Shown: positions 27,476 through 42,111, counted from the first letter of the stretch. The stretch is 64,000 bases of DNA from Eledone cirrhosa (GCA_964016885.1 OZ024761.1:15872001-15936000), one strand, 5' to 3'. Notes: generated by a model from the sequence alone, not told the origin. Made by a program: numbers and translations.

Positions 27476-28619
27476 TATATCATCATCATCATCACCGTTT
27501 TACGTCCGTTCTTCCACGCTAGCATGGGTTAGACGGGTTGTCCACAACAGGACAACCCGTCTAACCCATGCTAGCGTGGAAGAACGGATGTAAAACGGTG
27601 ATGATGATGATGATGATGATATACTTTTATTCTCTATTCTCTGTGTTTGCCATAACTCCTGTTATTGATTAACTAATTATTATGCAATCAGAACCTGATG
27701 ATGTTGTCAAGATCTTATATAACCACATCATTGGAATATATATATAGTGTTTTTTGCAACAGTAAAATTTGAAAGGGATATCTCCCGTCCGGCCTCCTGT
27801 TTTGAATTCACATTTTTAATTCACCTACCATAACATCTTTTGCTCATACAACGGTCTTCCTCTATTTTTATTAGAGGTCACAAGTCAGATAGCGTAGAAC
27901 TGGTAGATTTATTATTCGAGCAATACGCGCAAGAATGCACGCTCCAATGACCCATATATTGATTTGGGCATCATCTGCCGAGGATGTGCAATTGGCCGAT
28001 TATATAATATCTGCCAATAATATACAATTTTCTGCAGTTTTAATAACTGTGGTTGGGAAGAATATTGCGCAGAAACAGAATTCTTCCAGGAGATAGCTAC
28101 ATAACGTATCTTTAACAAAACAGCCACTGCACTCGCTATTTAACGAATATGTGTGGACCCTGAACATCGAGATGCAGTTTCACTACTGCAACCTTATTGA
28201 TTCATTGAGTGAGTGAGTAATGGCCAGAGATCGCTGAAATAACATCAGTGACTTTCATAAACCCTGTATATATATAATATTCATCCCTTCATTTCCATAA
28301 CAGTTGCTGACCCACATTTGTGTTGCTTTCGATTGTAGCAGTTTTCCAGTCCCATATCAGTATGTAGATATTTCTTCTTGTTTGTTTTTGTCCAACATCC
28401 ATTGTGTTTTCATCCTGAATAGCTATCCGTGGATACTCTGTGGATTCTAATGATGCATTGGTGGTGAATAGTCATGACTTATAAAGCACCTGAAACTATG
28501 ATAATCCTCAGAAGACTGCTGATAAGCAGGAATTGTCGATGTGCTTGGTTATTCTGTGATTTCTGTTTCCTATATTTCTCACACGTTTTTTTATTAATTA
28601 TATATATATATATATATAT

Positions 28620-29177
28620 ATCCTGCTGTGTGCAGGAGAGGCGGTTGCGCTGGTATGGACATGTGATGCGTATGAAGGATGACAGCTGCATAAAAAGGTG
28701 CAGAGCACTAGAAGTTGATGGAAACCGCGGAGTGGGGAGACCCAAGATGACCTGGGATGAGGTGATAAAAGCCGACCTTACCCAACTACACCTCTCAAAG
28801 ACAATGACACACGACCGTGACTTCTGGCGTCACGCAGTAATACAGAGTACCCGACCTCCCATGGGCACATGCTGAAGCATATAAACAATATGCCCCCACA
28901 CCCCCCCACCGCAAGGTGGTCGTGGAGGTGCCACGGCAAAAAAGCACCCAGCCCACACTGTAAAGTGGACGTGTAGGCGCCACGAAAAAGCACCCAGCAC
29001 TCACTGTAAATGAGGTTGGTGTTAGGAAGGGCATCCAGCTGTAGAAATCAAGCCAGATCGGTTCCTGTATGAGCAAGGCATGGTCAGCCGACCAGACACT
29101 GCCCACAACAGGACAACCCGTCTAACCCATGCTAGCGTGGAAGAACGGACGTAAAACGGTGATGATGATGATGATGA
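28620..29177 (+). mobile_element. RTE LINE 3' end with 3'UTR and (GAT)n tail
   Basis: ERRLRWYGHVMRM..GRPKMTWDEVIKADL followed by the abundant ggatgcccttcctaacaccaacc UTR. Confidence 0.85.
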
Positions 29178-29300
29178 TATATATATATATATATATATAT
29201 ATTTGCTTTGAAGAGCTGTTCATAGTGAATCAAGATGATAGAGGATAAATTAATGTCAAATACACATACATTTTGTCATTGTAGGAAGAAAAACCAATAA

Positions 29301-29332
<32 letters not shown>

Positions 29333-29612
29333 TTATATAATGTATATATATATATATATATACACACATATGCATATATCATCATCATCAATTTATGTCA
29401 GCTTTTCCATGCTTGTATGGATATATATATATATAAAGATATAGGAAAAGAGTCAGGACCCCGATGGCTGAGCTCCGGCCATTTCAACATCTAGGTACAC
29501 CTGTCTTTTGTTGTAGTTTTTTTTTTATTTAGTTATTTTACAGAGGAATTTTCTGTATTTTTTTTTTATTTTTTAATTCTTCCCCACTCTCTCACACTCT
29601 ATTTCTCTAGAT

Positions 29613-29650
<38 letters not shown>

Positions 29651-29752
29651 CATCATCGATTAATGTCTGTCTTCCACAATGGCATGGGTTAGACGGGTTT
29701 GTTCCATTTAGAGGCAAGTTGAGTCGGGTGACCCTGTCTCTCTCATATAGCA

Positions 29753-29788
<36 letters not shown>

Positions 29789-29859
29789 AAAAAAAAAAAA
29801 AAAAAAAACGCCAAAACTACACCTGATGTACCCCTTCCATACACATGCACACATGTGTG

Positions 29860-31085
29860 TATCATGACTCGTGCACTGTTCATTTTACTGATGTTTGTGC
29901 ATTGCCCTATGTACTGTACATGCACTTTTTTGATGAGTTGTGGTGCACCTGGGCACTGTGCACAATATTTCGTTATTGTTATTATATCATGACTCATACA
30001 CTGTTTATTTTCCTGACATTTGTACATTATTCTATGTACTATACATGCACCTTTGATGAGTTGTAGTGCACCTGGGCACTGTGCACAATATTTCGTTATT
30101 GTTATTATATCATGACTCATACACTGTTTATTTTCCTGACATTTGTACATTATTCTATGTACTATACATGCACCTTTGATGAGTTGTAGTGCACCTGGGC
30201 ACTGTGCACAATATTTCGTTATTGTTATTATATCATGACTCATACACTGTTTATTTTCCTGACATTTGTACATTATTCTATGTACTATACATGCACCTTT
30301 GATGAGTTGTAGTGCACCTGGGCACTGTGCACAATATTTCGTTATTGTTATTATATCATGACTCATACACTGTTTATTTTCCTGACATTTGTACATTATT
30401 CTATGTACTATACATGCACCTTTGATGAGTTGTAGTGCACCTGGGCACTGTACACAATATTTCATTATTGTTATTATATCATGACTCATACACTGTTTAT
30501 TTTCCTGACATTTGTACATTATTCTATGTACTATACATGCACCTTTGATGAGTTGTAGTGCACCCGGGCACTGTGCACAATATTTCGTTATTGTTATTAT
30601 ATCATGACTCATACACTGTTTATTTTCCTGACATTTGTACATTATTCTATGTACTATACATGCACCTTTGATGAGTTGTAGTGCACCTGGGCACTGTGCA
30701 CAATATTTCGTTATTGTTATTATATCATGACTCATACACTGTTTATTTTCCTGACATTTGTACATTATTCTATGTACTATACATGCACCTTTGATGAGTT
30801 GTAGTGCACCTGAGCACTGTACACAATATTTCATTATTGTTATTATATCATGACTCATACACTGTTTATTTTCCTGACATTTGTACATTATTCTATGTAC
30901 TATACATGCACCTTTGATGAGTTGTAGTGCACCTGGGCACTGTACACAATATTTCATTATTGTTATTATATCATGACTCATACACTGTTTATTTTCCTGA
31001 CATTTGTACATTATTCTATGTACTATACATGCACCTTTGATGAGTTGTAGTGCACCTGAGCACTGTACACAATAATTTCATTATT
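29860..31085. repeat. Minisatellite, 123-bp unit, about 10 copies
   Basis: 41-aa periodicity in spurious ORF 29743-31011. Confidence 0.95.
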
Positions 31086-33395
31086 ATTATTATATATACA
31101 TCATATATCCTTATATTTATATACATATGTATATAACTATAAGGATATATGATGTATATATATACACTGCCTCTAAATGGGACAAACCCGTCTAACCCAT
31201 GCTAGTGTGGAAGACAGACATTAATCGATGATGATATGTGTGTGTGTGTGTGTGTGTGTGTGTATCTAGAGAAATAGAGTGTGAGGGAGTGGGGAAGAAT
31301 TAAAAAATTTAAAAGAAATACAGAAAATTCCTCTGTAAAATAACTAAATAAAAAAAAAAAAACTACAACAAAAGACAGGTGGGGAGGGGTGAGGAGGGGT
31401 TGGGAGAGGTGACAAAGGATTGGGAGGGGTGTATAGAGGTGCCAAGTGGGTGAGGAGGAGGAGGAGGTGATGGAGTGGGTGAGGTGGAGGAGATGTGAGG
31501 AGTAGGTGAGGAGGTGGGGGAGATGTGAGGAGTAGGTGAAGAGGTAGTGGTGTGGGGTGAGGTGGGGGGGGGGGGTATGAAAAACAACAAAATCATTAAA
31601 AAAGAAAAGCCCAAAGTATTGATTTGGTGTTAATTTTCTATATCTCTATATCACAGTATCAATATATACTTTTAGAGTATTGGTGGTGGTGGTGGTGGTG
31701 GCAGTGATAGTGGTGGTAGTAGTGGTAGTGGTGGCTGTAGAGGTAATGTTAGATTTGATCGAGGTGGTGGTGGTGGTGGTTGTATGGTGGTATGGTGGTA
31801 GTGGAGGTTGCAGTGTTAGTGTTAGTTTTAGTAGTGGTAGTGGTGGCAGTAGTGTAAGTTGTTGTGGTAGTGTTAGTGGTGGTGTTGGTAATGATGGTGT
31901 TTTTGTTGTCGGTGGTAGTGGTGGTGGTGGTGGTGTTGGTGGTGTAGATGTTGGTAGGGGTGTTGGTGGAGATATGAGTGGTGATGTTGTTGTAGGTGGT
32001 GTTGGTGGTGGTGGTAGTGGTGGCTGTAGTGGTAATGTTAGCTTTGATAGAGGTAGTGATAGTGGTGGTGGCTGTAGTGGTAATGTTAGCTTTGATAGTG
32101 GTGGTGGTGGTGGTAGTGGTGTTGAGTAGTTGAGGTGATTGTGGTGGTGCTGTGTTGTTGGTGGTGGTTGTAGTGGTTGTATGGTGGTAGTGGAAGTTGC
32201 AGTGTTAGTGTTAGTTTTAGTGATGGTAGTGGGGGTAGTAGTGTAAGTTGTTGTGGTAGTGTTAGTGGTGGTGGTTGTGGTGGTAGTGTTGGTGGAGGAG
32301 TGAGTAGTGATGTTGGTAGTGGCGGGTGATGTTGCTGTTGGTGGTGGTGGTGGTGGTGGTGGTGTTGTTGTCAGTGGCAGTAGTGGTGGTGATAGTTGAT
32401 AATGGAGGTGGTTGTGTTGGTGGTGGTGTTGGAGATGGTTGTGGTGTTAGTGGTGGTGATGGTAGTGGTAGTGGTGGTGGTGGCAGTGGTTGTGATGGTT
32501 AGTGGTAGCAGTGATGGCGGTGGTTGTGGAGGTTAGTGGTAGTGGTGGTAGTGGTGTTGTTCTTGATGGATGAGGTAGTGGTGCAGTAGGTGGTGGTGTG
32601 GGAGGGGAGGGTTGTGCTGTTGGTGACATGTTACATGTCAATATCTGAAAAGGCGCAGTAAAAATAACAATGTAACAGGGTGGGAAGAAGGAGTTAGTGG
32701 GTGGTGGTGACAGTGAAAAGGTAGTGGTAACAGGTAACAACATAGAGAGAGGAGAGTGTGGTAGTTTGAAGGTGGGGGAAATTGCAATATTGTAAATTTA
32801 GGGTGGAGAATATAAAGAAAGCAATGTTTGTTACCATACATTGTGTGGTGGCAGTTGTGGTTGTAGTGGGGTTGTGGTGGTGGTGAATTATGTGACAGGA
32901 TAATGGGGGAAGAGGTTGAAATTTGGAAAGGAGACAGAGTTGTGATATATATATATATAAATATATATATACAATATGCCCCCACACCCTCCCACTGCAA
33001 AATGGTTGTGGAGGTGCCAGGGCAAAAAAGCACCCAGCCCACACTGTAAAGTGGACGTGTAGTCGCCACAGGAAAAAAGCACCCAGCACTCACTGTAAAT
33101 GAGGTTGGTGTTAGGAAGGGCATCCAGCTGTAGAAATCAAGCCAGAATCAGTTCCTGTATGAGCAAGGCATGGTCAGCTGACCAGACACTGCCCACAACA
33201 GGACAACCCGTCTAACCCATGCTAGCATGGAAGAACGGACGTAAAACGGTGATGATGATGATGATATACATATATATATCATCATATATGATATATATAT
33301 AATTATAAGTAAGATAAGGGTATTACACAATTACCAGTAAGAAAATTAGCTCAATGTAATATACCAGATATACTACAGAGCTTAATATATATATA

Positions 33396-33545
33396 CCGTA
33401 TATGCAGGCATACAAGTCAAAATTTGGAGCCTAAAAATATCCTCCCAAAAGTGTGGAAGTATGCGTGCTGCTTCACCTGAACTGCACCTCAGAATTTTAG
33501 AGGTCGACCTATGCACTGGATCAACTTGTACGCCAGCATATACGG
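33396..33545. mobile_element. MITE with TA target site
   Basis: ta-ccgtatatgcaggcatacaagt ... acttgtacgccagcatatacgg-ta. Confidence 0.7.
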
Positions 33546-33935
33546 TATATATATATATATATATCATCATCATCATCATTTTACGTCCGCTTTTCCCTGC
33601 TTGCAAGGGTGGGACTGATTCTGGCTAGATTTCTACAGCTGGATGCCCTTCCTAACACCAACCTCATTTACAGTGAGTGCTGGGTGCTTTTTTTCCCGTG
33701 GAGCCTACACATCCACTTTACAGTGTGGGCTGGGGGGCTTTTTTTTTGCCGTGAAACCTCCACGACCACTTTGCAGTCCCTATCATCTCATTTCTACAGC
33801 TGAGTAAACTGGAGCAATGTGAAATAAAGTGTCTTTCTCAAGGAAACAACACATCTGAGAATTGAACTCACAACCTTTCGATTGTAAGGCCAATGCTCTA
33901 ACCACTAAGCCATGTGCCTCCATATATATATATTA

Positions 33936-34059
33936 ATTTTATTAAGACTAAATAGTGAGTCTTGTTACTTTGGCATTTCACCTGTTTATCAGAGGGTCAT
34001 CAGTGATAAATAGGCAAAACTCCAGAGTAACAAGACTCACTATGTAGCCTTAATAAAAT
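33936..34059. repeat. Imperfect fold-back of a repeat end also seen at about 4995-5040
   Basis: gagtcttgttact..tttatca / tgataaa..agtaacaagactc; CTGATGA on the minus strand at the loop. Confidence 0.6.
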
Positions 34060-34301
34060 GAATATTTAAATTTTACTTCGATACTGAGTACTCTTTTCCA
34101 TCACCCATCAACCACATACGTGTATATATATATATATATTTTAAGAAATTACACCAGTCCAGCCTCCTGTTATTTTATAATATATATATATATACATGGA
34201 GCTTCCACACAATTTCCATCTACTAAATTGTACTCATAAGGGATTGGTCAACCTATAGTAGAAAACACACACATAATTGCACAGAAATGAAGGTTTCTTA
34301 C

Positions 34302-34333
34302 CTTGACATTGATAGCCCTGTTTCCAGAGACCC
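34302..34333 (-). CDS. PRKCE: PKC exon, C1A middle (W-GLWKQGYQCQ)
   Basis: 32 nt, cag acceptor, gtaaga donor, phase 2 to 1; joins both neighbours in frame. Confidence 0.92.
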
Positions 34334-35520
34334 CTGTTGGAGAAAAAGAAAGACATTAATTTCAGATGACATATTTAATACATAAAGATATATATATATA
34401 AAAAGGATTTCACAAATGCTCCAGAAGCCTCATCAGAAACTGTTGATAGCGTTTCTTGTTTGTTATGTGTGTGTAGGCTGTTCCATTGTTCAATTTGACA
34501 GGGGCACTCATTGTCAAAAGCAACAGAGGTCCAGGAACAAGAAATATATATTCATTTCATTTTACGTTCGCTTTTTCCCTGCTTGCAAGGGTGGGACGGG
34601 AACTGATTTTGGCTTGATTTCTACAGCTGGATGCCCTTCCTATCACCAACCTCATTTACAGTGAGTGCTGGGTGCTTTTTTGCCGTGGCACCTCCACGAC
34701 CACTTTGCAGTGGAATGATAGGGACCCCAGTCCCTATCATCTCATTTCTACAGCTGAGTAAACTGGAGCAATGTGAAATAAAGTGTCTTGCTCAAGGAAA
34801 CAACACATCACCCGGTCTGAGAATTGAACTCACAACCTTTCGATTGCAAGGCCAATGCTCTAACCACTAAGCCATGTGCCTCCATATATATATATGGGAG
34901 GACCCTATAGTTGTCTCAAGGATATGACAACTTCACTAATGCTGGTGATCTACACAATAAAAGCAGCAGTAAAGTAATTGGTGCTAGGAAGTGCATCTAG
35001 TCATAGAAAGCTTTCCGAACAAAGGGATGGGAGGACCCTTTAGTTGTGTCAAGGACATGACAACCTCCTTACTGCTGGTGATCTACACAATAAAAGCAGC
35101 CAGTACATGCAGTAAAGTAATTGGTGTTAGGAAGGGCATCCGACTGTAGAAAGATTGTTGGGAGGACCCTTCAGTTGATGTGAAAAGACATGACAACTTC
35201 TCCTCTGCACTCGATAGAACGTGGGACCGTATGTAAGCAGGTAACAGACCCTTTAGCCTGCCTGGGAGGTTAGTAGCTTTGCTTGAGTACTAACTTGGTC
35301 TATGTAGACCCGTCCAACTCTTGGTAACAAGGAGAGCTGATGTTAAACGATGAAATAGTAGCAAAAGTGTCTTCATGTTTTAGGTGTTAATCCTTAATCG
35401 GAAGAAAGAATGAAAGGTAGAAATAGAAATAAAAAGGCAGATGGGTTAAGAAATGGAAGAATGGAAAAAAAAATTTTTCACGGGAGGAAAACATATGTAT
35501 ATTAAGTCAGCCATATATAT

Positions 35521-35839
35521 GAACCTCAGTTCACAAACGCCTCAGTTCACAAACAAATCAGTTCGTGAACAATGTTTCCAAACATAAAATGTGAAGAACA
35601 CGCAAGCCAGCAACAACAGTTGGCAACAAGCTGGGAGTATCGACAGGAAAGTGTCACTTGTTATGTAGTAAGTCACTATGGTGATACCTATCTGTCTCTC
35701 ACATACAGTCTCTCTCTCTCCCTCTCACTGTATTTCTCTCTCAACATTTCATATGGGAAAAATAGTTTAGGTCTACTAATATTTCGGGTGATGAATGGCC
35801 TTCAGGAAAGAAATAAGTCTGTGAACTGAGGTTCTACTG
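35521..35839. mobile_element. Tigger/pogo-like MITE
   Basis: gaacctcagttcacaaac ... gtctgtgaactgaggttctactg-ta. Confidence 0.6.
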
Positions 35840-35854
35840 TACATATATATATAT

Positions 35855-36420
35855 ACTAACCGATTACCCACGCCTTGCTGCATTTCACACATTTTTTTTT
35901 GTAAGAAAATGATGATTTTTGTTGATAATTTTTTTTGTCATAATTCTAGTGATGTTTTGCCATAGATAAAATGTCTAAATTAACCAAATTTTACCATAAA
36001 AGAGAGGTGCTTTTTTTTATTGATTTACATTTAATTAATAGAAAAACCCCATGATAATAGAGGTTCCAATACTGAAGTTATGGGCTTCCAAAATTTTCAC
36101 TATAAGGGGATTTAACCCCCATTAGGGTGTCTTAATATTATTGAAATTTTGTGAATAGGCATCATATCTTGTCATTTACCTATGGTTTAAATTTCATATA
36201 AATCGAAGGGAAAAAATTTTCAGCGAGGTTTTGTGCCCCCGGGGGAACCCTTTGATTAAAATGAAATATACTTATCCAAGTACCTTGGGCAATGTAGTTT
36301 CAGAATATATATGGTTATGGGCGTCTATCTCCAAAACCATAGGAGGAGTTTGTGAACAAACAAACAAACAAACAAACAAACAAACAGACAGGAACTACAA
36401 CTTTATATATATATATATAT
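35855..36420 (+). mobile_element. Non-autonomous Helentron/HINE-like element
   Basis: Starts actaaccgattacccacgcc, ends (CAAA)n-cagacagg..ctttatatata; family assignment from recalled terminal structure. Confidence 0.45.
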
Positions 36421-36507
36421 GTACATACATACAAACATACATATAATTTGGAAAAGAATATATATATAAACACATATACTTTAGAAAATAAGCATGATAC
36501 AACTTAC

Positions 36508-36664
36508 CAAATGAAATCTCTACACAGCGAACAAAACGTTGGTTGTCTGAAAAATGTTGTCATGAATTTGTGACCATTAACTTGGTGTACTCTTCGTCTC
36601 ATAGCACCTCGTCGTCTATTGAGCAGTCCCTCTTTCTCCTTAAACACTCGCTCCTTCGGAGCTT
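36508..36664 (-). CDS. PRKCE: Novel PKC (epsilon/eta, Apl II-like) exon: pseudosubstrate and start of C1A
   Basis: Translates (E)[51 protein letters not shown](W); ttttcag acceptor, gtaagt donor; 157 nt, phase 1 to 2. Confidence 0.95.
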
Positions 36665-36853
36665 CTGAAAAGTTTTTAAAAAAAAGGGAGACAATTATTA
36701 TCAAATTAACTCCTTTGAGACCAACCCAGCTAAAACTGGCTTCGGTTCTATGAAACAAAACATTTCAAAGTGGGAATAAATTTGTAAACATTTATATACC
36801 CTTGTCATGGGTGATTTTGCTGATGATGATATATATATACATACACATACATA

Positions 36854-36902
<49 letters not shown>

Positions 36903-37810
36903 TTAAATATATAATTTACAGTCCTCGCCAGAGCAAGGTGTGACATGGCCAACCATGGCCTGACTTGCCTCCCGACATGAACGACCCATCTAACCCATGG
37001 AAGCATGGAAGAATTGAAGCTTATCAGAAATAATGATATACCCAAGACAGCATGGAAAATGGATGTAAAATAGTGATGATGTTGATGATTAAAAACTTAA
37101 TGTGTGCGTGTATATATATATATTAGATATCAATTAAACAATGAAAATAATAACAAAGTTAAGTTATTTTACCTATTCATATCATTGATTTATGATCGTT
37201 TCAGAGGATTGATCATATTGACATATTGACTGATCTATAGCAGTTATATAACTGTTTACTATCAGACATCATATATAGGTTTGATCAAACCGTCTTCTTC
37301 GGAAACAATGACTGTATCTAAAGGATTAACTCAGTGGAACACTTCTATGGATTTCACTGGATTATTTGCTATTGGATTACATTGAGTTTTATCTACGGTA
37401 CAGACCCTACCATGAAGGGTAGACCACATTGAAAAAATATATATATACACAGCCTAATGTATATATATATCATCATCATCATCATCATCATTTTACATCC
37501 ACTTTTTGCTGCTTGCAAGGGTGGGACGGGTCCTATTCAGTACAGATCTCTTCACTTGTCCCGGTCCTTTGTCATCTCTTCCGTGAGCTTCAGCGATCTG
37601 AGGTCTGCTCTCACCACTTCCACCCATGTTTTTTGTGGTCTTCCTTCTACTGGAATTTGTTGGCACTTCTTTACCCAGCGGTCATCCTCCATGCACATCA
37701 CATGTCCATACCATTGCAGTCTCTTCTCTCCCGCACACTACAACTTATCCCTCTTATACACAGTTTCTCTCTCAACTCATCTATGCTTGGTCGTTCGCAC
37801 ACATTGACAT

Positions 37811-37857
<47 letters not shown>

Positions 37858-38399
37858 TAAGCTGTAATTCTTTTTAGTTGAAATCACATAAAAGCTACAC
37901 AGTCCAAAACACGAGGAGATATGGATATATTTTATTTCAACACTTGTTGATTGTAGCCAGGTTGCATTTTTTGTCCATTTTTGTCTGTATACATACAGGA
38001 GACATTTTTACTGTTTATAGGATCCTAAATGGAAAAAGAAATGATTCATAAACTTAAACTAAGTATATAGAAATAATTTTACATTAGTGGATGATTTGTG
38101 TTCCTTGTTCGCACAAAGAAGTATTTAGTATCATATTGATGAGGTGAGTTTTACGATATTTTTTTAATAATTCAACAAGATAATGAATTAATAACAAGGT
38201 TCTAATGCAAGGTTCATTGCATTGTTGGATCGGTGCTGGTTTTATTGTCGAGTAGTAAACACTGGTTTTTGTTAAGTTCCATCCATTGTTATAAAGTTAT
38301 GAGATAATTTTCTTGTCTTTTGTTTTTCATTACCTGAATGGGTTCCAGAAATGTAAGAACTCAAAGGCTCGTTAAAATGAAATTGATTGATTGATTTTG

Positions 38400-39635
38400 C
38401 TTTACATCTTTCACAGTGAATAAAAAAAATGAAAACCAGAAAGGCCATTTGGCAGTTTGAGAAAAAGCTTGAGGGGGGAGTTACCTCAGATTTGACTCCC
38501 CTCCAACAACAGGTACTTTTGTGTTTTCTCTAACATCATGTCAAACTAAGGGATACAATTTCAGTTGCCATAAAATACACTAGCCACAAGATCCAGGACA
38601 TGTGGAGAAAAGTAAATATCACTGCCAAAATGGGGGGAAAAAAAAAGCATCCGGACTTCAACCAAGAAACTGTATAAGGAGTATCAAGGACTGAAAAAAT
38701 AAAAATAAAGGATGACTGACGAGCAATTGCAAAGTGTGAAATTTGGAAAGGTGATCTTGAGGAAATTTTTGACATTGCAAGTCAGGATGTTCTCGAATGA
38801 AAGGATGTCCCATTTGAAGATAAAGCTTTACTTGAGACCGCAAAAAGATTGGATGTCTTCATTCATAGATGGTGTTGATGCAGAACATGTGAGAGCCATT
38901 CAGAAGAAAGAAAAGAAGATTCACAATATGAAAATAAGAAAGAGAAAGCCGGATGAAGAAATTAAGAAGATGTCTGAGAAAGTAACTCTTGAAGGCTTGT
39001 CATCCAGCTCAGCTACTCGTGATGATGAAAGCTTTAAGTCAGCACCGTCCCAAAAATCACTGCGAATAAAGCTGGCTCTCGACACCACTCTTGTTGCCAT
39101 GGTGGGAATGGGAAAAACTATTGGTATACTATCACAATTGTGGAGAGTTTTTGGCCATAATGTGTCTGAACTTTCACTGTGAAATGATGGCTTGAGAAAC
39201 CAAATTATATGCTTTCCCACCTGAAAACAGATCCTGTCTGGTCCTCCACTGAGATGGAGAATCATCACAATTGGCTTCCTGATCTAGTACTCAAAGACTT
39301 AATTACAGGAAAAGGAAAGGAGGAGCTGTTATGTGTTTCTATTGCAAGAGATGGAACTGGACAAACTGCTCAAGTCGTTTTGAAGGAAATTCAACAACTC
39401 AAAATTGGGGATAGAATAATTGGCATGTCTTTCGACACCACCACCAGTAACACCAGCATGCACCAAGGAGCCAATACAAACATTGAAGCAGCCCTGAAAA
39501 AATTCCTCTTGTGGCTGGCTTTCCGCCATCACATTCTTGAACTGGTTTTGAAGAAAGTCTTTGAGATCTTTTCCCCTATCATCTGGTCTCAGTATCACAA
39601 TGTTCAAAAAGTTCCAGGAATGTTGGGACTCCATC
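38400..39635 (+). pseudogene. Decayed DDE transposase with CxxH-type motif (hAT superfamily, probably hATm-like)
   Basis: SFDTTTSNT..GA..LLWLA(F)RHHILELVL; frameshifted ORFs 38712-39182 and 39209-39700. Confidence 0.6.
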
Positions 39636-40750
39636 AATCATCATCATCATCATCTTCACCATTTTACATCCATTTTTCCATGCTAGCATCGGTTAGATGA
39701 TAAGTCTCATTATCAAACTATCCTGGATGATGATGAGCCATGGAAGACTTTTACAAGTAAAAGAGGGAGATGATTGAATATCTACTGGCTGTATTGCTTT
39801 CAGGTCATCCCTGAGAAAACTAAGCAGAGTTCATAAAGCCCTCCCTTCTCTATCTTGGTGGTTGGCCACCTCTCTAGTTCTCCTACTTGATCCCAGGAAC
39901 TAACCCTCAGGTTCGTTGGATGGCTAAGACCATACATGTGATTGAGAACAACTTAAGTTTACACCATATAAGTCAAGAGATCGACAAAAAAGTCATTTCA
40001 TCATCATGATCATCGTTTTACGTCCGCTTTTCCCTGGTTAAAAATTTCATTCGTAAAAACTGTTTCTCTCTTTAACCAAAGTATTATTGTGTATTCAAAA
40101 CATATTCCTCCTGCTTATTTTCATTTCATTTTGTTTTGTTCTGTGCTTTCCACATTTCATTTAGTAAAGTGACTAGAAAGGACAATATAATACAAACCAG
40201 ATTCAAAATATCATTGTAAATAACAAAAATGTGAAAGTGTACAACCTCTGAATATGAGGGGGGCAGGGGAAAGGGTTGGAAAATCGGTAATTTTTCTAGG
40301 TTGTCTCCGTTGATTTTTTTTTATAGAAACCAGAATCAGTCGTTTAGTTTACATATTGAGACCTCCAAACCATCTTATTTATTTTATAATGTATGGGATT
40401 TCTAGTAATGTACTTTTTTGTTGTGTATAATGTTTTTAATGTCTAAAGAAAACTAATTGTCACATGAAAGCTACCACTTATTCCAGACTCCAAGTAAATA
40501 TATATATATATATATATATATACAGGAAGTCCTCAATCAATTCTAGCGGCTTCCCGCCTACATTAGTGATCCCCTCTGGCTTCTCAACATTCTCTACCAG
40601 ATATTTTGTTTTAGTCTCATTCAATCTCAGCCCCACATTCACTGAAGCTCACGGAGATGACGAAGGACCGTGACAAGTGGAGAGATGCTGTGCTGAACAG
40701 GACCCATCCCACCCTTGCAAGCAGGGAAAAGCGGACGCATAATGATGATA

Positions 40751-40785
<35 letters not shown>

Positions 40786-40904
40786 TATATTTCTTTATTA
40801 GCCACAGGGGCACAAAAGAAGGGGACAAATACAAAGGGGGAAGTTTACATACAATAAAAACGTGTAAAATATAGACATAGATATGTATTCATATAGCAAA
40901 AAAT

Positions 40905-41565
40905 TAGAAATAAGAGGGATCAGATGTTGTTTACTCGAGAGAAGGCTGCGTTGGTATGGACACGTGATGCGCATGAAAGTCGATAGCTGTATAACAAAGT
41001 GCAGGGCAATAAAGATAGACGGTAGCCACGGAATAGGCAGACCTAGAAAACCCTGGGACGAGCTGATAAACTCCGACCTCACACACTTACACCTCTCCAA
41101 GACAATGTCACTGGACCGAGACCTTTGGCGGTACTCAGTAATAGAGAAGACCCGCCTTACCTAAATACATAGTAAAACCTACTACAGTCAGTAGGCATCT
41201 CTAACAAAATACACCCCCGTCCCACCACCCCCACCTCATCCACACCGCCCCCTTCTATGTAAAGTTATGTTGGTGCCACACCATCCAGGCCGAAACAAAT
41301 GGGATCGTGTAGGTGTCACGACAAAAAAACACACAGTCCACGCTGTAATGTGGCCGTGTAGGCAACACGGTAAAAACCTCCCAGACCCACACTGTAAACG
41401 TGGTTGGTGTTAGGAAGGGCTTCCAACTGTAGAAAACCTGCCAGACAGTCCTATGCGAGCAAGACAACCACTCTTGCCTCAAGTGGGAAAACCCCCGTCC
41501 AAACCCATGCAAGCGTGGAACATGGACGTTAAACGTTGATGATGATGATGATGATGATGATGATG
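40905..41565 (+). mobile_element. RTE LINE 3' end with (GAT)n tail; further 5'-truncated copies at 1-180, 3475-3927, 9915-10517, 32970-33263, 45265-45578, 45597-45860, 46232-46573, 52633-53037, 55442-56035
   Basis: ERRLRWYGHVMRM..GRPRKPW; near-identical UTR among copies in both orientations. Confidence 0.85.
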
Positions 41566-41797
41566 CATATGCATGCACACACACACCCAGAAAGAAAGTG
41601 AAAGTATTAAATGAGAAGGTGAGGGGGAATGGAACATTCTGACAGAAGGAATGCCTGTAATATTTATTACACATGAGATTAAATTATTTGGGTTTTTTTA
41701 AGTAGATGTGGAGAGTAACAATAGAAGGCAGCAGTTGTGGGGTACGTGTGGGTGTAAATATATATATGTATTCACACATACATATACATATATATGA

Positions 41798-41859
<62 letters not shown>

Positions 41860-41879
41860 TCATACATACATATATATGA

Positions 41880-41911
<32 letters not shown>

Positions 41912-42111
41912 TCATACATACATATACATATATATGAATTTATATATATATATATATATATTCATACATACATATACATATATATGAATTTATATATATA
42001 TATATATATATATTCATACATACATATATATGAATTTATTTATATATATATATATATATATATTCATACATACATATATATGAATTTATATATATATATA
42101 TATAGATATAT

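Noticed and set aside
29743-31011. 422-aa Cys-rich repetitive ORF
   Set aside because: 123-bp tandem repeat read-through ending in poly-T and (TA)n
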